Assembly (NCBI GenBank): GCA_023667245.1
Contig: JAMPAL010000004.1
Span: forward strand, 1,063 to 65,062
Source of the DNA: Anaeroplasma bactoclasticum
GTDB lineage: Bacteria; Bacillota_I; Bacilli_A; ML615J-28; CAG-313
Reading direction: 5' to 3'
Length of the DNA stretch: 64,000 nucleotides
Shown: piece by piece, positions 48,486-57,012 of the stretch
How the letters are laid out: every line of letters starts with the position of its first letter
Position numbering within the stretch: position 1 is the first letter of the stretch
The notes under the pieces: model-generated
The model's database searches: none
Told to the model about the DNA's origin: nothing
Seen by the model: only the letters and a program-made list of their open reading frames with translations
Made by a program: the position numbers and the translations under genes

Positions 48486-49415
48486 ATGAATTTATTACAT
48501 TTAAAATACGTTGTTGAAGTATACCAAACCAAGTCGTTTACAAAAGCCGCAGAAAATTTATATATGGGGCAACCAAATTTGAGTAGAGCCATTAAGGAGT
48601 TAGAGCAATCTTTAGGTATAACAATCTTTAGAAGAACATCAAGAGGCATTGAGATTACTGAAGCTGGCGAGGAATTTGTCCATTATGCCAAAAAGATATT
48701 GCAAGAAGTAGATGTTGTAGAAAAAAGGTATACACAACAAGAGGCACCAAAAGAAAAATTCTCTATACTGGTTCCACGTGCAAGTTACATTGGTTCTGCT
48801 TTTGTAGCATTTATGCGCAAGATTGATGCGAACAAACACATGGATATCACTTATAAAGAGACCAATTCTTTGAAAGCCTTGGATAAAGTATTAAAAGGCG
48901 AATATCGTTTGGGAATTATCCGATATCGCTCTTGTTTTGACCACGCGTTTAAACAAATGTTTGAGGAAAAAGGCTTAAACTATGAATTGATTTCCGAATT
49001 TCAGTACCAATTGGTGGTTCATCAAGATCATCCACTTACAAAACTTGAAAAAGTAACATGTGAGGATTTAAATCAATACATTGAAATTTGCCATCCTGAT
49101 CCGTATGTTCCCAATATTCCCTTCTATGATGTGAAAAAAATTGAATTTTCAGAATCCATTCATAGAAGAATATCTGTTTATGAAAGGGCTAGTCAATTTG
49201 ATTTACTTGAAAATTTACCCAATACGTTTATGTGGGTTTCGCCAATTCCCCAAAAGTTAATGGAAAAGTATAATTTGGTTGAGTTAATATGTGAAGAGCA
49301 TAGCAATAAATATAAGGATGTCTTGATTTTTAGAAAAGGTTATCATCTTACGCCCATTGACAATCAATTTTTAACTGTCTTATGTCAAGTAAAAAGAGAA
49401 ATTTTAAAAGAATAA
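48486..49415 (+). CDS. LysR-family transcriptional regulator
   Basis: N-terminal HTH (LLHLKYVVEVYQTKSFTKAAENLYMGQPNLSRAIKELEQSLG) and a substrate-binding domain of roughly 200 aa (my estimate). Confidence 0.85.
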   Translation: MNLLHLKYVVEVYQTKSFTKAAENLYMGQPNLSRAIKELEQSLGITIFRRTSRGIEITEAGEEFVHYAKKILQEVDVVEKRYTQQEAPKEKFSILVPRASYIGSAFVAFMRKIDANKHMDITYKETNSLKALDKVLKGEYRLGIIRYRSCFDHAFKQMFEEKGLNYELISEFQYQLVVHQDHPLTKLEKVTCEDLNQYIEICHPDPYVPNIPFYDVKKIEFSESIHRRISVYERASQFDLLENLPNTFMWVSPIPQKLMEKYNLVELICEEHSNKYKDVLIFRKGYHLTPIDNQFLTVLCQVKREILKE

Positions 49416-49416
49416 T

Positions 49417-49452
49417 ATCCATATCAATTTGATATGGATTTATTTGTTTTTT
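49417..49452 (+). terminator. intrinsic terminator after the LysR gene
   Basis: ATCCATATC-aattt-GATATGGAT followed by a T-rich run. Confidence 0.65.
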
Positions 49453-49456
49453 ACAT

Positions 49457-49485
49457 TTGCCAAAAAAGGACAAATTATGTATAAT
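49457..49485 (+). promoter_or_regulatory. sigma-A promoter of the rex-adhE-hfs unit
   Basis: TTGCCA, a 17-nt spacer, then TATAAT. Followed by a leader of about 165 nt. Confidence 0.6.
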
Positions 49486-49656
49486 AATAGAGTAATAACT
49501 TATTAGTACATAGAAATATCATTTTAAATCTCAGTAATCAAAAGGGAAAGAAGGCTAATAGTTGTGCAAAAATCATCATCGATGATTTTTCCTCTATAAT
49601 TTTCAATCGATATAAGAATATCGATATGTTTATATTTGATAAAAGGTGGTGAGAAT

Positions 49657-50280
49657 TTGTTACAAAATGCTGTTGCAAAAACAGTGCTTTATCGCATACC
49701 AATGTATTTGGAATATTTAATGGATATTTATGAAAATGAACCTTCTATCTCACATATTTCTTCAAAGAAAATTTCGACTGATTTAGAATTAGGAGAAGTG
49801 CAAGTGAGAAAAGATTTGTCGATGATATGCGATAAGGGGAAACCCAAAATAGGATATAATTTATTAGAACTCATTACTCATCTTCAGGATTACTTGGGAT
49901 GTAGTCATACCAAATATGCAATAGTAATAGGGATTGGAAAATTGGGTAGTGCCATTTATCATTATGATGGTTTCAAAAAATATGGAATTGAGATTGTCGC
50001 AGGATATGACAAAAAAGATAATGATATACCCGATATTCAAATTTTTTCTAAGGAAAATGTGATGAAAATAGTCCAAACGCATAAAATTGAAATTGGTATT
50101 ATTTGTGTGCCTAAAGAAGAGGCCCAAGAAGTTGCCGATGTACTAGTTACAATTGGTATAAAAGCAATTTGGAATTTTGCTCCTGTTCGGTTGAAGATTC
50201 CAAAACATATATTTGTTCAAAATGAAAATCTTGCTTATTCATTAAGCATTATCTCATCAATTATTAATCATTCACAATAG
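49657..50280 (+). CDS. rex: redox-sensing transcriptional repressor Rex
   Basis: N-terminal AKTVLYRIPMYLEYL (Rex winged-helix signature) and a Rossmann motif GIGKLGSAI. TTG 49657 lies 4 nt after AAAGGTGGTGAG; an in-frame TTG at 49636 is an alternative. Confidence 0.85.
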   Translation: MLQNAVAKTVLYRIPMYLEYLMDIYENEPSISHISSKKISTDLELGEVQVRKDLSMICDKGKPKIGYNLLELITHLQDYLGCSHTKYAIVIGIGKLGSAIYHYDGFKKYGIEIVAGYDKKDNDIPDIQIFSKENVMKIVQTHKIEIGIICVPKEEAQEVADVLVTIGIKAIWNFAPVRLKIPKHIFVQNENLAYSLSIISSIINHSQ

Positions 50281-50289
50281 GAGGTAGAC

Positions 50290-52893
50290 ATGAATAAAAT
50301 AGTTGACAGTTTAGAAACGTTAGAAGAAAAAATTAAAGAAGTGCGAAAGGCACAAGAAGTTTTATCTACTTATACACAAGAACAAGTAGATAAGATTTTT
50401 AAGGCTGCTGCTATTGCGGCAAATTCCAATCGAATTATGTTAGCAAAAATGGCAGTAGAGGAAACAGGCATGGGAGTGGTTGAAGATAAAGTCATCAAAA
50501 ACCATTATGCTAGTGAATATATTTATAATGCTTATCGTGATACACAAACTTGTGGTGTAATTGAGGAAGATAGTGCTTTTGGAATCAAAAAGGTTGCAGA
50601 ACCAATTGGTGTCATTGCTGCAGTTATTCCTACTACAAATCCAACATCTACAGCGATATTCAAAACATTAATTGCCCTAAAAACGCGAAATGGAATTATC
50701 ATTAGTCCACATCCAAGGGCGAAAAAGTCAACGATTGCTGCAGCAAAAGTTGTATTAGACGCTGCTGTAAAAGCGGGTGCGCCTAAACATATTATTGGTT
50801 GGATTGATGTTCCTAGCCTAGAAATGACAAATACTGTAATGAAAGAAGCTGATATTATTTTAGCAACAGGTGGTCCTGGTATGGTGAAGGCTGCCTACTC
50901 GAGTGGAAAACCTGCTTTAGGGGTGGGTTCTGGAAATACACCAGCAATTATCGATGAAAGTGCAGATGTGGTTCTTGCTGTTAACTCCATTATTCATTCT
51001 AAAACATTTGATAATGGAATGATTTGTGCATCTGAACAATCAGTAATTGTACTAAAGAAGGTATATGAGGAAGTAAAAACTGAATTTGTAAAACGGGGTT
51101 GTTATTTCTTAAATCCAGAAGAATTAGAGAAGGTGAGAAAAACAATTCTAATTAATGGATCTTTGAATGCGAAAATTGTAGGACAATCAGCCTATAAAAT
51201 CGCTCAATTATCAGGTATTGAGGTGCCTACTTACACAAAAATTTTAATTGGTGAAGTAGAAAAATATGATTTGAGTGAAGAGTTTGCGCATGAAAAATTA
51301 TCTCCAGTACTTGCTATGTATAAGGCTACTTCATTTGATGACGCTTTAGTTAAAGCAGAATCGTTGATTGCGGATGGTGGATTTGGGCATACTTCTTCGA
51401 TTTTTATTGATCAAATTCATGAAAAAACCAAATTAGAAAAATTTTATAATCGAATGAAGACATGTAGAATTATTGTCAATACACCAGCTTCTCAAGGAGG
51501 TATTGGTGATTTATATAACTTTAAACTTGCGCCATCTCTCACACTAGGTTGTGGATCATGGGGAGGAAATAGTGTTTCTGAAAATGTTGGTGTAAAACAT
51601 TTATTAAATATCAAAACAGTAGCGGAAAGAAGGGAAAATATGTTATGGTTTAGAACTCCTCAAAAAGTATATATCAAAAAAGGATGTTTGCCTGTTGCCC
51701 TAACTGAATTAAAGGCTGTATACAATAAAAAGAAAGTATTTATTGTAACAGATGGTTTCTTGTATCAAAATGGATATACAAAGCCTATTACAAATCAATT
51801 GGATGCTATGGGAATAATGCATACTACTTTCTATAATGTTGCCCCAGATCCTTCTTTAGGCAGTGCAAAAGAAGGAGCAATGCAAATGACAGCTTTTGAA
51901 CCAGATGCAATCATTGCCATAGGTGGCGGTTCCGCAATGGATGCTGCTAAAATCATGTGGGTATTGTATGAACATCCAGAAGTAGATTTTGCTGATATGT
52001 CCATGCGTTTTTCCGATATTCGCAAAAGAATTTATCAATTTCCAAAGATGGGGGAAAAAGCAATGTTTATTGCTATTCCAACTACAGCAGGAACTGGTTC
52101 TGAGGTTACACCATTTGCTGTTATTACAGATGAGGCTACGGGTATTAAATATCCACTAGCAGATTATGAATTGATGCCAAATATGGCAATTGTGGATGCG
52201 GATATGATGATGAATGCACCTAAAGGTCTTACGAGTGCATCAGGAATAGATGCGGTTACACATGCATTAGAAGCATATGCATCTATGCTTGCAACAGAAT
52301 ACACAGATGGTCTTGCAAAGGAAGCATTAAAGGTAATTTTTGAATATTTACCTCGGGCATATGAAGATGGTCCATCAGATGTAGTAGCTAGAGAAAAAAT
52401 GGCCAATGCAGCAACTATGGCAGGTATGGCTTTTGCCAATGCCTTCTTAGGGGTATGTCACTCTATGGCACATAAATTAGGTGCGTTCCACCATTTACCA
52501 CATGGTGTAGCTAATGCTTTAATGATTGATGAAGTCATTCGTTTCAATAGTGCAGAAATTCCAACCAAAATGGGAACCTTCCCACAATATGATCATCCGC
52601 ATACGGCTAGTCGATATGCTGAAATTGCAGACTATTTGGGATTAGATGGAAAGACAACCGAAGAAAAAGTAGAACTATTGATTCAAAAAATAGATCAGTT
52701 AAAAGAAAAAATTGGTATCAAACATTCTATTCAAGAATATGGTGTGGATGAAAAAGATTTTTTAGAAAGATTAGATAAAATGACTGAACAGGCATTTGAT
52801 GATCAATGTACTGGAGCTAATCCTCGTTATCCGCTAATGAGTGAAATTAAACAAATGTATTTAAATGCATATTATGGAAAGGAGACAAAATAA
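50290..52893 (+). CDS. adhE: bifunctional acetaldehyde-CoA / alcohol dehydrogenase
   Basis: 867 aa. N-terminal ALDH domain (catalytic Cys context FDNGMICASEQS) and a C-terminal iron-ADH domain (GGGSAMDAAK, HSMAHKLG). Confidence 0.97.
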   Translation: MNKIVDSLETLEEKIKEVRKAQEVLSTYTQEQVDKIFKAAAIAANSNRIMLAKMAVEETGMGVVEDKVIKNHYASEYIYNAYRDTQTCGVIEEDSAFGIKKVAEPIGVIAAVIPTTNPTSTAIFKTLIALKTRNGIIISPHPRAKKSTIAAAKVVLDAAVKAGAPKHIIGWIDVPSLEMTNTVMKEADIILATGGPGMVKAAYSSGKPALGVGSGNTPAIIDESADVVLAVNSIIHSKTFDNGMICASEQSVIVLKKVYEEVKTEFVKRGCYFLNPEELEKVRKTILINGSLNAKIVGQSAYKIAQLSGIEVPTYTKILIGEVEKYDLSEEFAHEKLSPVLAMYKATSFDDALVKAESLIADGGFGHTSSIFIDQIHEKTKLEKFYNRMKTCRIIVNTPASQGGIGDLYNFKLAPSLTLGCGSWGGNSVSENVGVKHLLNIKTVAERRENMLWFRTPQKVYIKKGCLPVALTELKAVYNKKKVFIVTDGFLYQNGYTKPITNQLDAMGIMHTTFYNVAPDPSLGSAKEGAMQMTAFEPDAIIAIGGGSAMDAAKIMWVLYEHPEVDFADMSMRFSDIRKRIYQFPKMGEKAMFIAIPTTAGTGSEVTPFAVITDEATGIKYPLADYELMPNMAIVDADMMMNAPKGLTSASGIDAVTHALEAYASMLATEYTDGLAKEALKVIFEYLPRAYEDGPSDVVAREKMANAATMAGMAFANAFLGVCHSMAHKLGAFHHLPHGVANALMIDEVIRFNSAEIPTKMGTFPQYDHPHTASRYAEIADYLGLDGKTTEEKVELLIQKIDQLKEKIGIKHSIQEYGVDEKDFLERLDKMTEQAFDDQCTGANPRYPLMSEIKQMYLNAYYGKETK

Positions 52894-52894
52894 G

Positions 52895-53644
52895 ATGGAT
52901 TTAGAACGTGTTATTGCCGTAAGAACATCAAAGACAATTTATCGAACAGGTGAAAAAGTTGTTAAGGTGTTTGATGAAGATTATTCAAAAGTAGATGTTT
53001 TAAATGAAGCACTAAATCAAGCGATTGTAGAAGGATTAGGACTTCATATTCCTAAGATCTATTCTGTAGAATCTGTAGAGGGAAAATGGGCGATTGTCTC
53101 TGAATATATAAAAGGGAAAACGATTTCTGATTTGATGCAAATGCATCCTGAGAAAAAAAGTGAATATTTAGAACAATTTGTGGATTTGCAACTATCTATG
53201 CATCAAATCAAGTGTTCTAATTTAAAGAAACTTAAAGACAAAATGAATACAAAAATTGGTCAAACGGATTTAGATGCTACTACTCGCTATGAATTACATA
53301 CGAGATTAGAGGGTATGCCTAAACATAATAAATTGTGTCATGGCGATTTTAATCCATCAAATGTGATTATTCGTGAGGATGGAACACCATTTATTATTGA
53401 TTGGAGTCATGCTACTCAAGGCAATGCATCTGCTGATGTTGCTCGAACATATTTGTTATTTTGGTTAAATCAAGAGGGTGAAACAGCAAACCAATATTTG
53501 GATTTATATTGCCAAAAGAGTGGTGTAGCTAAGAAATATATTCAGTCTTGGTTACCTATTGTTGCTGCGTCACAATCTGTAAAAGGTCATCAAAATGAAC
53601 GTGATCTTTTGTTGAGTTGGGTTAATGTTGTTGACTATGAATAG
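52895..53644 (+). CDS. APH-fold (aminoglycoside/choline-kinase-like) phosphotransferase family protein
   Basis: ATG 52895 follows GGAAAGGAGA, 1 nt after the adhE stop. Lys motif KVVKVF, catalytic loop HGDFNPSNVII and IIDWSHA. Confidence 0.7.
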   Translation: MDLERVIAVRTSKTIYRTGEKVVKVFDEDYSKVDVLNEALNQAIVEGLGLHIPKIYSVESVEGKWAIVSEYIKGKTISDLMQMHPEKKSEYLEQFVDLQLSMHQIKCSNLKKLKDKMNTKIGQTDLDATTRYELHTRLEGMPKHNKLCHGDFNPSNVIIREDGTPFIIDWSHATQGNASADVARTYLLFWLNQEGETANQYLDLYCQKSGVAKKYIQSWLPIVAASQSVKGHQNERDLLLSWVNVVDYE

Positions 53645-53653
53645 GAGGAAAAT

Positions 53654-53893
53654 ATGAAAAAAGTAGTAGTTTGTATAGGAAGTTCATGTCATTTAAAAGG
53701 TTCTAGACAAGTTGTAGAAAGATTGCAAGAATTAATCGCAGAATATGATTTAAAAGAAGAAGTAGAATTGCAAGGCACTTTTTGTATGGGCAACTGCCAA
53801 AAAGGGGTTTGCGTTAAAGTAGATGAAACATTATTTTCCGTATCCCCAGAAACAGTAGATTCATTCTTTCAAAAAGAGGTCATGGGAAAATAG
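53654..53893 (+). CDS. thioredoxin-like [2Fe-2S] ferredoxin-domain protein (HfsA-like), copy 1
   Basis: 79 aa with the Cys pattern CIGSSC...(31 aa)...CMGNC, which is the NuoE/HndA-type Cx4C...Cx3C pattern. Confidence 0.7.
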   Translation: MKKVVVCIGSSCHLKGSRQVVERLQELIAEYDLKEEVELQGTFCMGNCQKGVCVKVDETLFSVSPETVDSFFQKEVMGK

Positions 53894-53904
53894 GTGTATA
53901 GGAA

Positions 53905-54153
53905 ATGACAATTCAAATTTGTATTGGCAGTTCATGCCATCTAAAGGGCTCACAAAAAGTAATTGAATTATTTGAAAAAAGTATTCAGGAAAATCAATTA
54001 GAAGAAAAGGTAAAACTTGTAGGTTCTTTCTGTTTGGGAAAGTGTAGCAATTCAGGGGTTAATGTTTGTATTGATGGTAAAGAAATTATTAGTGTAACTC
54101 CAGAAAATTTTTACTCGTTTTTCAATGATAAAGTATTAAAATATCTAAAATAG
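53905..54153 (+). CDS. thioredoxin-like [2Fe-2S] ferredoxin-domain protein, copy 2
   Basis: 82 aa. Paralogue of the previous CDS with the same pattern (CIGSSC...CLGKC). Confidence 0.7.
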   Translation: MTIQICIGSSCHLKGSQKVIELFEKSIQENQLEEKVKLVGSFCLGKCSNSGVNVCIDGKEIISVTPENFYSFFNDKVLKYLK

Positions 54154-54162
54154 GTGAGAAAT

Positions 54163-55839
54163 ATGTCCGAATTTTTAAAATTAAAGAAATCAAATTGTAA
54201 AAATTGTTATAAATGTATTCGACATTGTCCAGTAAAATCAATTAAATTCTCTGGAGATCAGGCGCATATTGTTGGCAACGAATGTATTTTATGTGGTCAG
54301 TGTTTTGTTGTTTGTCCACAAAATGCCAAAGAAATTCAGAATGATTTAGAAAAAGTAAAAGTAATGCTTGCTGCAAAAGAACAAGTCATTGTAAGTTTAG
54401 CTCCATCATTTATTGCCAACTACGATGGAATTGGCCTTGAACAAATGGCAGAAGCTCTACGTCAATTGGGATTTTTTGCGGTAGAGGAAACCGCTATTGG
54501 TGCAACCATTGTAAAAAAGCAATACGAAGCCATTTTGGAGTCAAAAAGACAAAATATCTTGATTACATCTTGTTGTCATTCTGTTAATTTACTCATTCAA
54601 AAGTATTTTCCTAGTGCACTTCGATATCTTGCTGATGTAAAATCTCCTATGCAAATGCATGCAATAGATATCAAGAAGAGAATGCCTAATGCCAAAGTTG
54701 TATTTATTGGGCCATGTCTTGCCAAAAAGGATGAGGCAGACCATTATACGGGAATTGTTGATGCTGTTTTGACATACGAAGAATTGACAATGTGGTTAAA
54801 AGAAAGCAATATTGTTCTAGAAAAAGGACTAGAAGTAAATGAAAAGTCAAAGGCAAGATTATTCCCAATAACTGGGGGTGTCTTAAAAACAATGAAACCC
54901 GATATTGCAGGCTATAAATATATTGCAATTGATGGGGTAGAAAATTGTATAGCTGCTTTAAAGGATATAGAAAATGGAATGTTAGATAATTGCGTAATTG
55001 AAATGTCAGCTTGCGTAGGTAGTTGTATAGGTGGGCCAGTTATGGAGAAATATCATCGTTCCCCTATTCGTGATTATTGTTCAGTAGTAAGTTATGCGGG
55101 CGATCAAGATTTTGATGTAGAAGCATATGGTGATGAGGAACTAACCAAACATTTTGAATATATTGCAAGAAAGGCAGAAGAACCATCTGAAGATGCTATT
55201 CGTTCTATTCTAAGACAGATGGGCAAGATGCGCCCATCAGATGAATTAAATTGTGGTTCATGTGGCTATAATACTTGTCGTGAAAAAGCAATAGCGATTA
55301 TTCAGGGCAAAGCATCTATTTCTATGTGTTTGCCTTTCCTAAAAGAAAGAGCAGAGAAATTTTATACTAATATTATTGATAATACGCCAGATGGTATTTT
55401 AGTGCTAAATGAAGATTTAGAGGTCCAACAAATCAATGATGCAGCACGTAAGATTATGAATATTAAATATGCAACGGACGTATTAGGAGATCAAGTCATT
55501 CGTATTCTTGATCCATATCCATTCTTGCAAGTCAAATTAAACAACAAAAATGTCTATAATGAACGCATTTATTTGGCTGAGTATAATCGATATGTAGAAA
55601 GAACCATCGTTTATGATAAAAATTATAAGATTATCATTTGTTTTATGAGAGATGTTACACTTGAAGTTACCGCAAAAGAAAAGAAAGATGAAATCTCTTC
55701 AAAAACGGTAGAAATCGCTGATAAAGTGGTGGATAAACAAATGCGTATTGTCCAAGAAATTGCCTCCCTTTTAGGAGAAACTGCAGCTGAAACAAAAATT
55801 GCTTTAACGAAATTAAAGGAGTCAATTAAGGATGAATAA
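54163..55839 (+). CDS. sensory [FeFe]-hydrogenase homologue with PAS domain (HydS/HfsB-like)
   Basis: Two CxxCxxCxxxCP ferredoxin motifs. H-domain motifs ITSCCHSV, IGPCLAKKDE and EMSACVGSCIGGP. Cx2Cx4Cx16C (CGSCGYNTC...MC). C-terminal PAS-like segment (IIDNTPDGILVLNEDLEVQQINDAARKIM). Confidence 0.8.
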   Translation: MSEFLKLKKSNCKNCYKCIRHCPVKSIKFSGDQAHIVGNECILCGQCFVVCPQNAKEIQNDLEKVKVMLAAKEQVIVSLAPSFIANYDGIGLEQMAEALRQLGFFAVEETAIGATIVKKQYEAILESKRQNILITSCCHSVNLLIQKYFPSALRYLADVKSPMQMHAIDIKKRMPNAKVVFIGPCLAKKDEADHYTGIVDAVLTYEELTMWLKESNIVLEKGLEVNEKSKARLFPITGGVLKTMKPDIAGYKYIAIDGVENCIAALKDIENGMLDNCVIEMSACVGSCIGGPVMEKYHRSPIRDYCSVVSYAGDQDFDVEAYGDEELTKHFEYIARKAEEPSEDAIRSILRQMGKMRPSDELNCGSCGYNTCREKAIAIIQGKASISMCLPFLKERAEKFYTNIIDNTPDGILVLNEDLEVQQINDAARKIMNIKYATDVLGDQVIRILDPYPFLQVKLNNKNVYNERIYLAEYNRYVERTIVYDKNYKIIICFMRDVTLEVTAKEKKDEISSKTVEIADKVVDKQMRIVQEIASLLGETAAETKIALTKLKESIKDE

Positions 55840-57004
55840 TCTTTGTACAGATATAGGCTATCGTAGTTTACTCAAACATCATGAGCAACTTTGTGGTGAT
55901 CATATAGATATTATTGACCAAGAGGATGGAACAAAAATTATTGTGCTTGCTGATGGATTAGGAAGCGGGGTAAAAGCATGTATTTTATCAACTCTAACTT
56001 CGAAAATTATTTCAACAATGATGGCAGAAGGAATTTCTATTGAGGAATGTGTAGCAACGATTGCTGCGACATTACCCGTTTGTTCTGTTCGAAAAGTGGC
56101 TTATTCCACTTTTACGATTTTGAAAATTTCACCTAATAGTGAAGCGGAAGTTATAGAATATGATAATCCTGGGATTATTTTAATTCGTGATGGGGAAAAT
56201 TATGAGTTAAATAAAACCGAATTGAACATTGGTGGTAAAAAAATTTATAAATCTAAAGTTCAATTATATGAAAATGACGTATTTGTAATGATGAGTGATG
56301 GATGTATTTATGCTGGAGTGGGGAAAACACTTAATTTTGGTTGGAAAAGGGAAGATATCATTGAAATGGTAAAAATATTACCATCAGCAGGTTATACAGC
56401 AAAAACAATGACAACAATTTTACTAGATGAGTGCAATAAATTATATGGCTATGAACCAGGAGATGACACGACTGCTTGTGTGGTTCGAATTAGAAAAAGA
56501 GAACCGATGAATCTTTTGTTTGGCCCACCAAGTAATCCAGATGATTGTAATCGAATGATGTCACTGTTTTTTTCCAAAGGTGGAAAACACATTGTATGTG
56601 GCGGAACAACTTCATCTATAGCTGCTAAATACTTAGGTAAATCAATTACGCCATCACTCAATTATTCGGATCCTAAAATTCCACCAACTGCTGAAATTGA
56701 GGGAGTAGATTTGGTAACAGAAGGTGTAATTACCATCAATCGTGTATTAGAATATGCAAAGGATTATTTAGAAGATAATCAATCTTATGTCAATTGGTGC
56801 TATAAAAAAGATGGAGCATCTTTAATCTCGCGTCTTTTATTTGAAGAAGCTACCGATATTAATTTTTATGTAGGAAGAGCGATGAATCCTGCACATCAAA
56901 ACCCCAATCTACCTATCAATTTCAATATAAAAATGCAATTGGTTCAAGAACTATCAGAGTGCTTGAAAAAGATGGGAAAAAATATAAAAGTAAGTTATTT
57001 TTAG
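55832..57004 (+). CDS. SpoIIE/PP2C-family serine phosphatase with C-terminal domain of unknown function (HfsC-like)
   Basis: Motifs CGDHIDII, VLADGLGSGVKA, MMSDGCIY and DDTTACVV. ATGAATAA overlap with the upstream stop. Confidence 0.8.
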   Translation: MNNLCTDIGYRSLLKHHEQLCGDHIDIIDQEDGTKIIVLADGLGSGVKACILSTLTSKIISTMMAEGISIEECVATIAATLPVCSVRKVAYSTFTILKISPNSEAEVIEYDNPGIILIRDGENYELNKTELNIGGKKIYKSKVQLYENDVFVMMSDGCIYAGVGKTLNFGWKREDIIEMVKILPSAGYTAKTMTTILLDECNKLYGYEPGDDTTACVVRIRKREPMNLLFGPPSNPDDCNRMMSLFFSKGGKHIVCGGTTSSIAAKYLGKSITPSLNYSDPKIPPTAEIEGVDLVTEGVITINRVLEYAKDYLEDNQSYVNWCYKKDGASLISRLLFEEATDINFYVGRAMNPAHQNPNLPINFNIKMQLVQELSECLKKMGKNIKVSYF

Positions 57005-57012
57005 GTGAAAAT

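Noticed and set aside
49561-49582. Rex operator in the rex-adhE leader
   Set aside because: TTGTGCAAAAATCATCA matches the left half of the TTGTGAAnnnnTTCACAA consensus well, but the right half matches at only about 4 of 7 positions. This is too weak to annotate without binding data. It is mentioned only within the leader finding.
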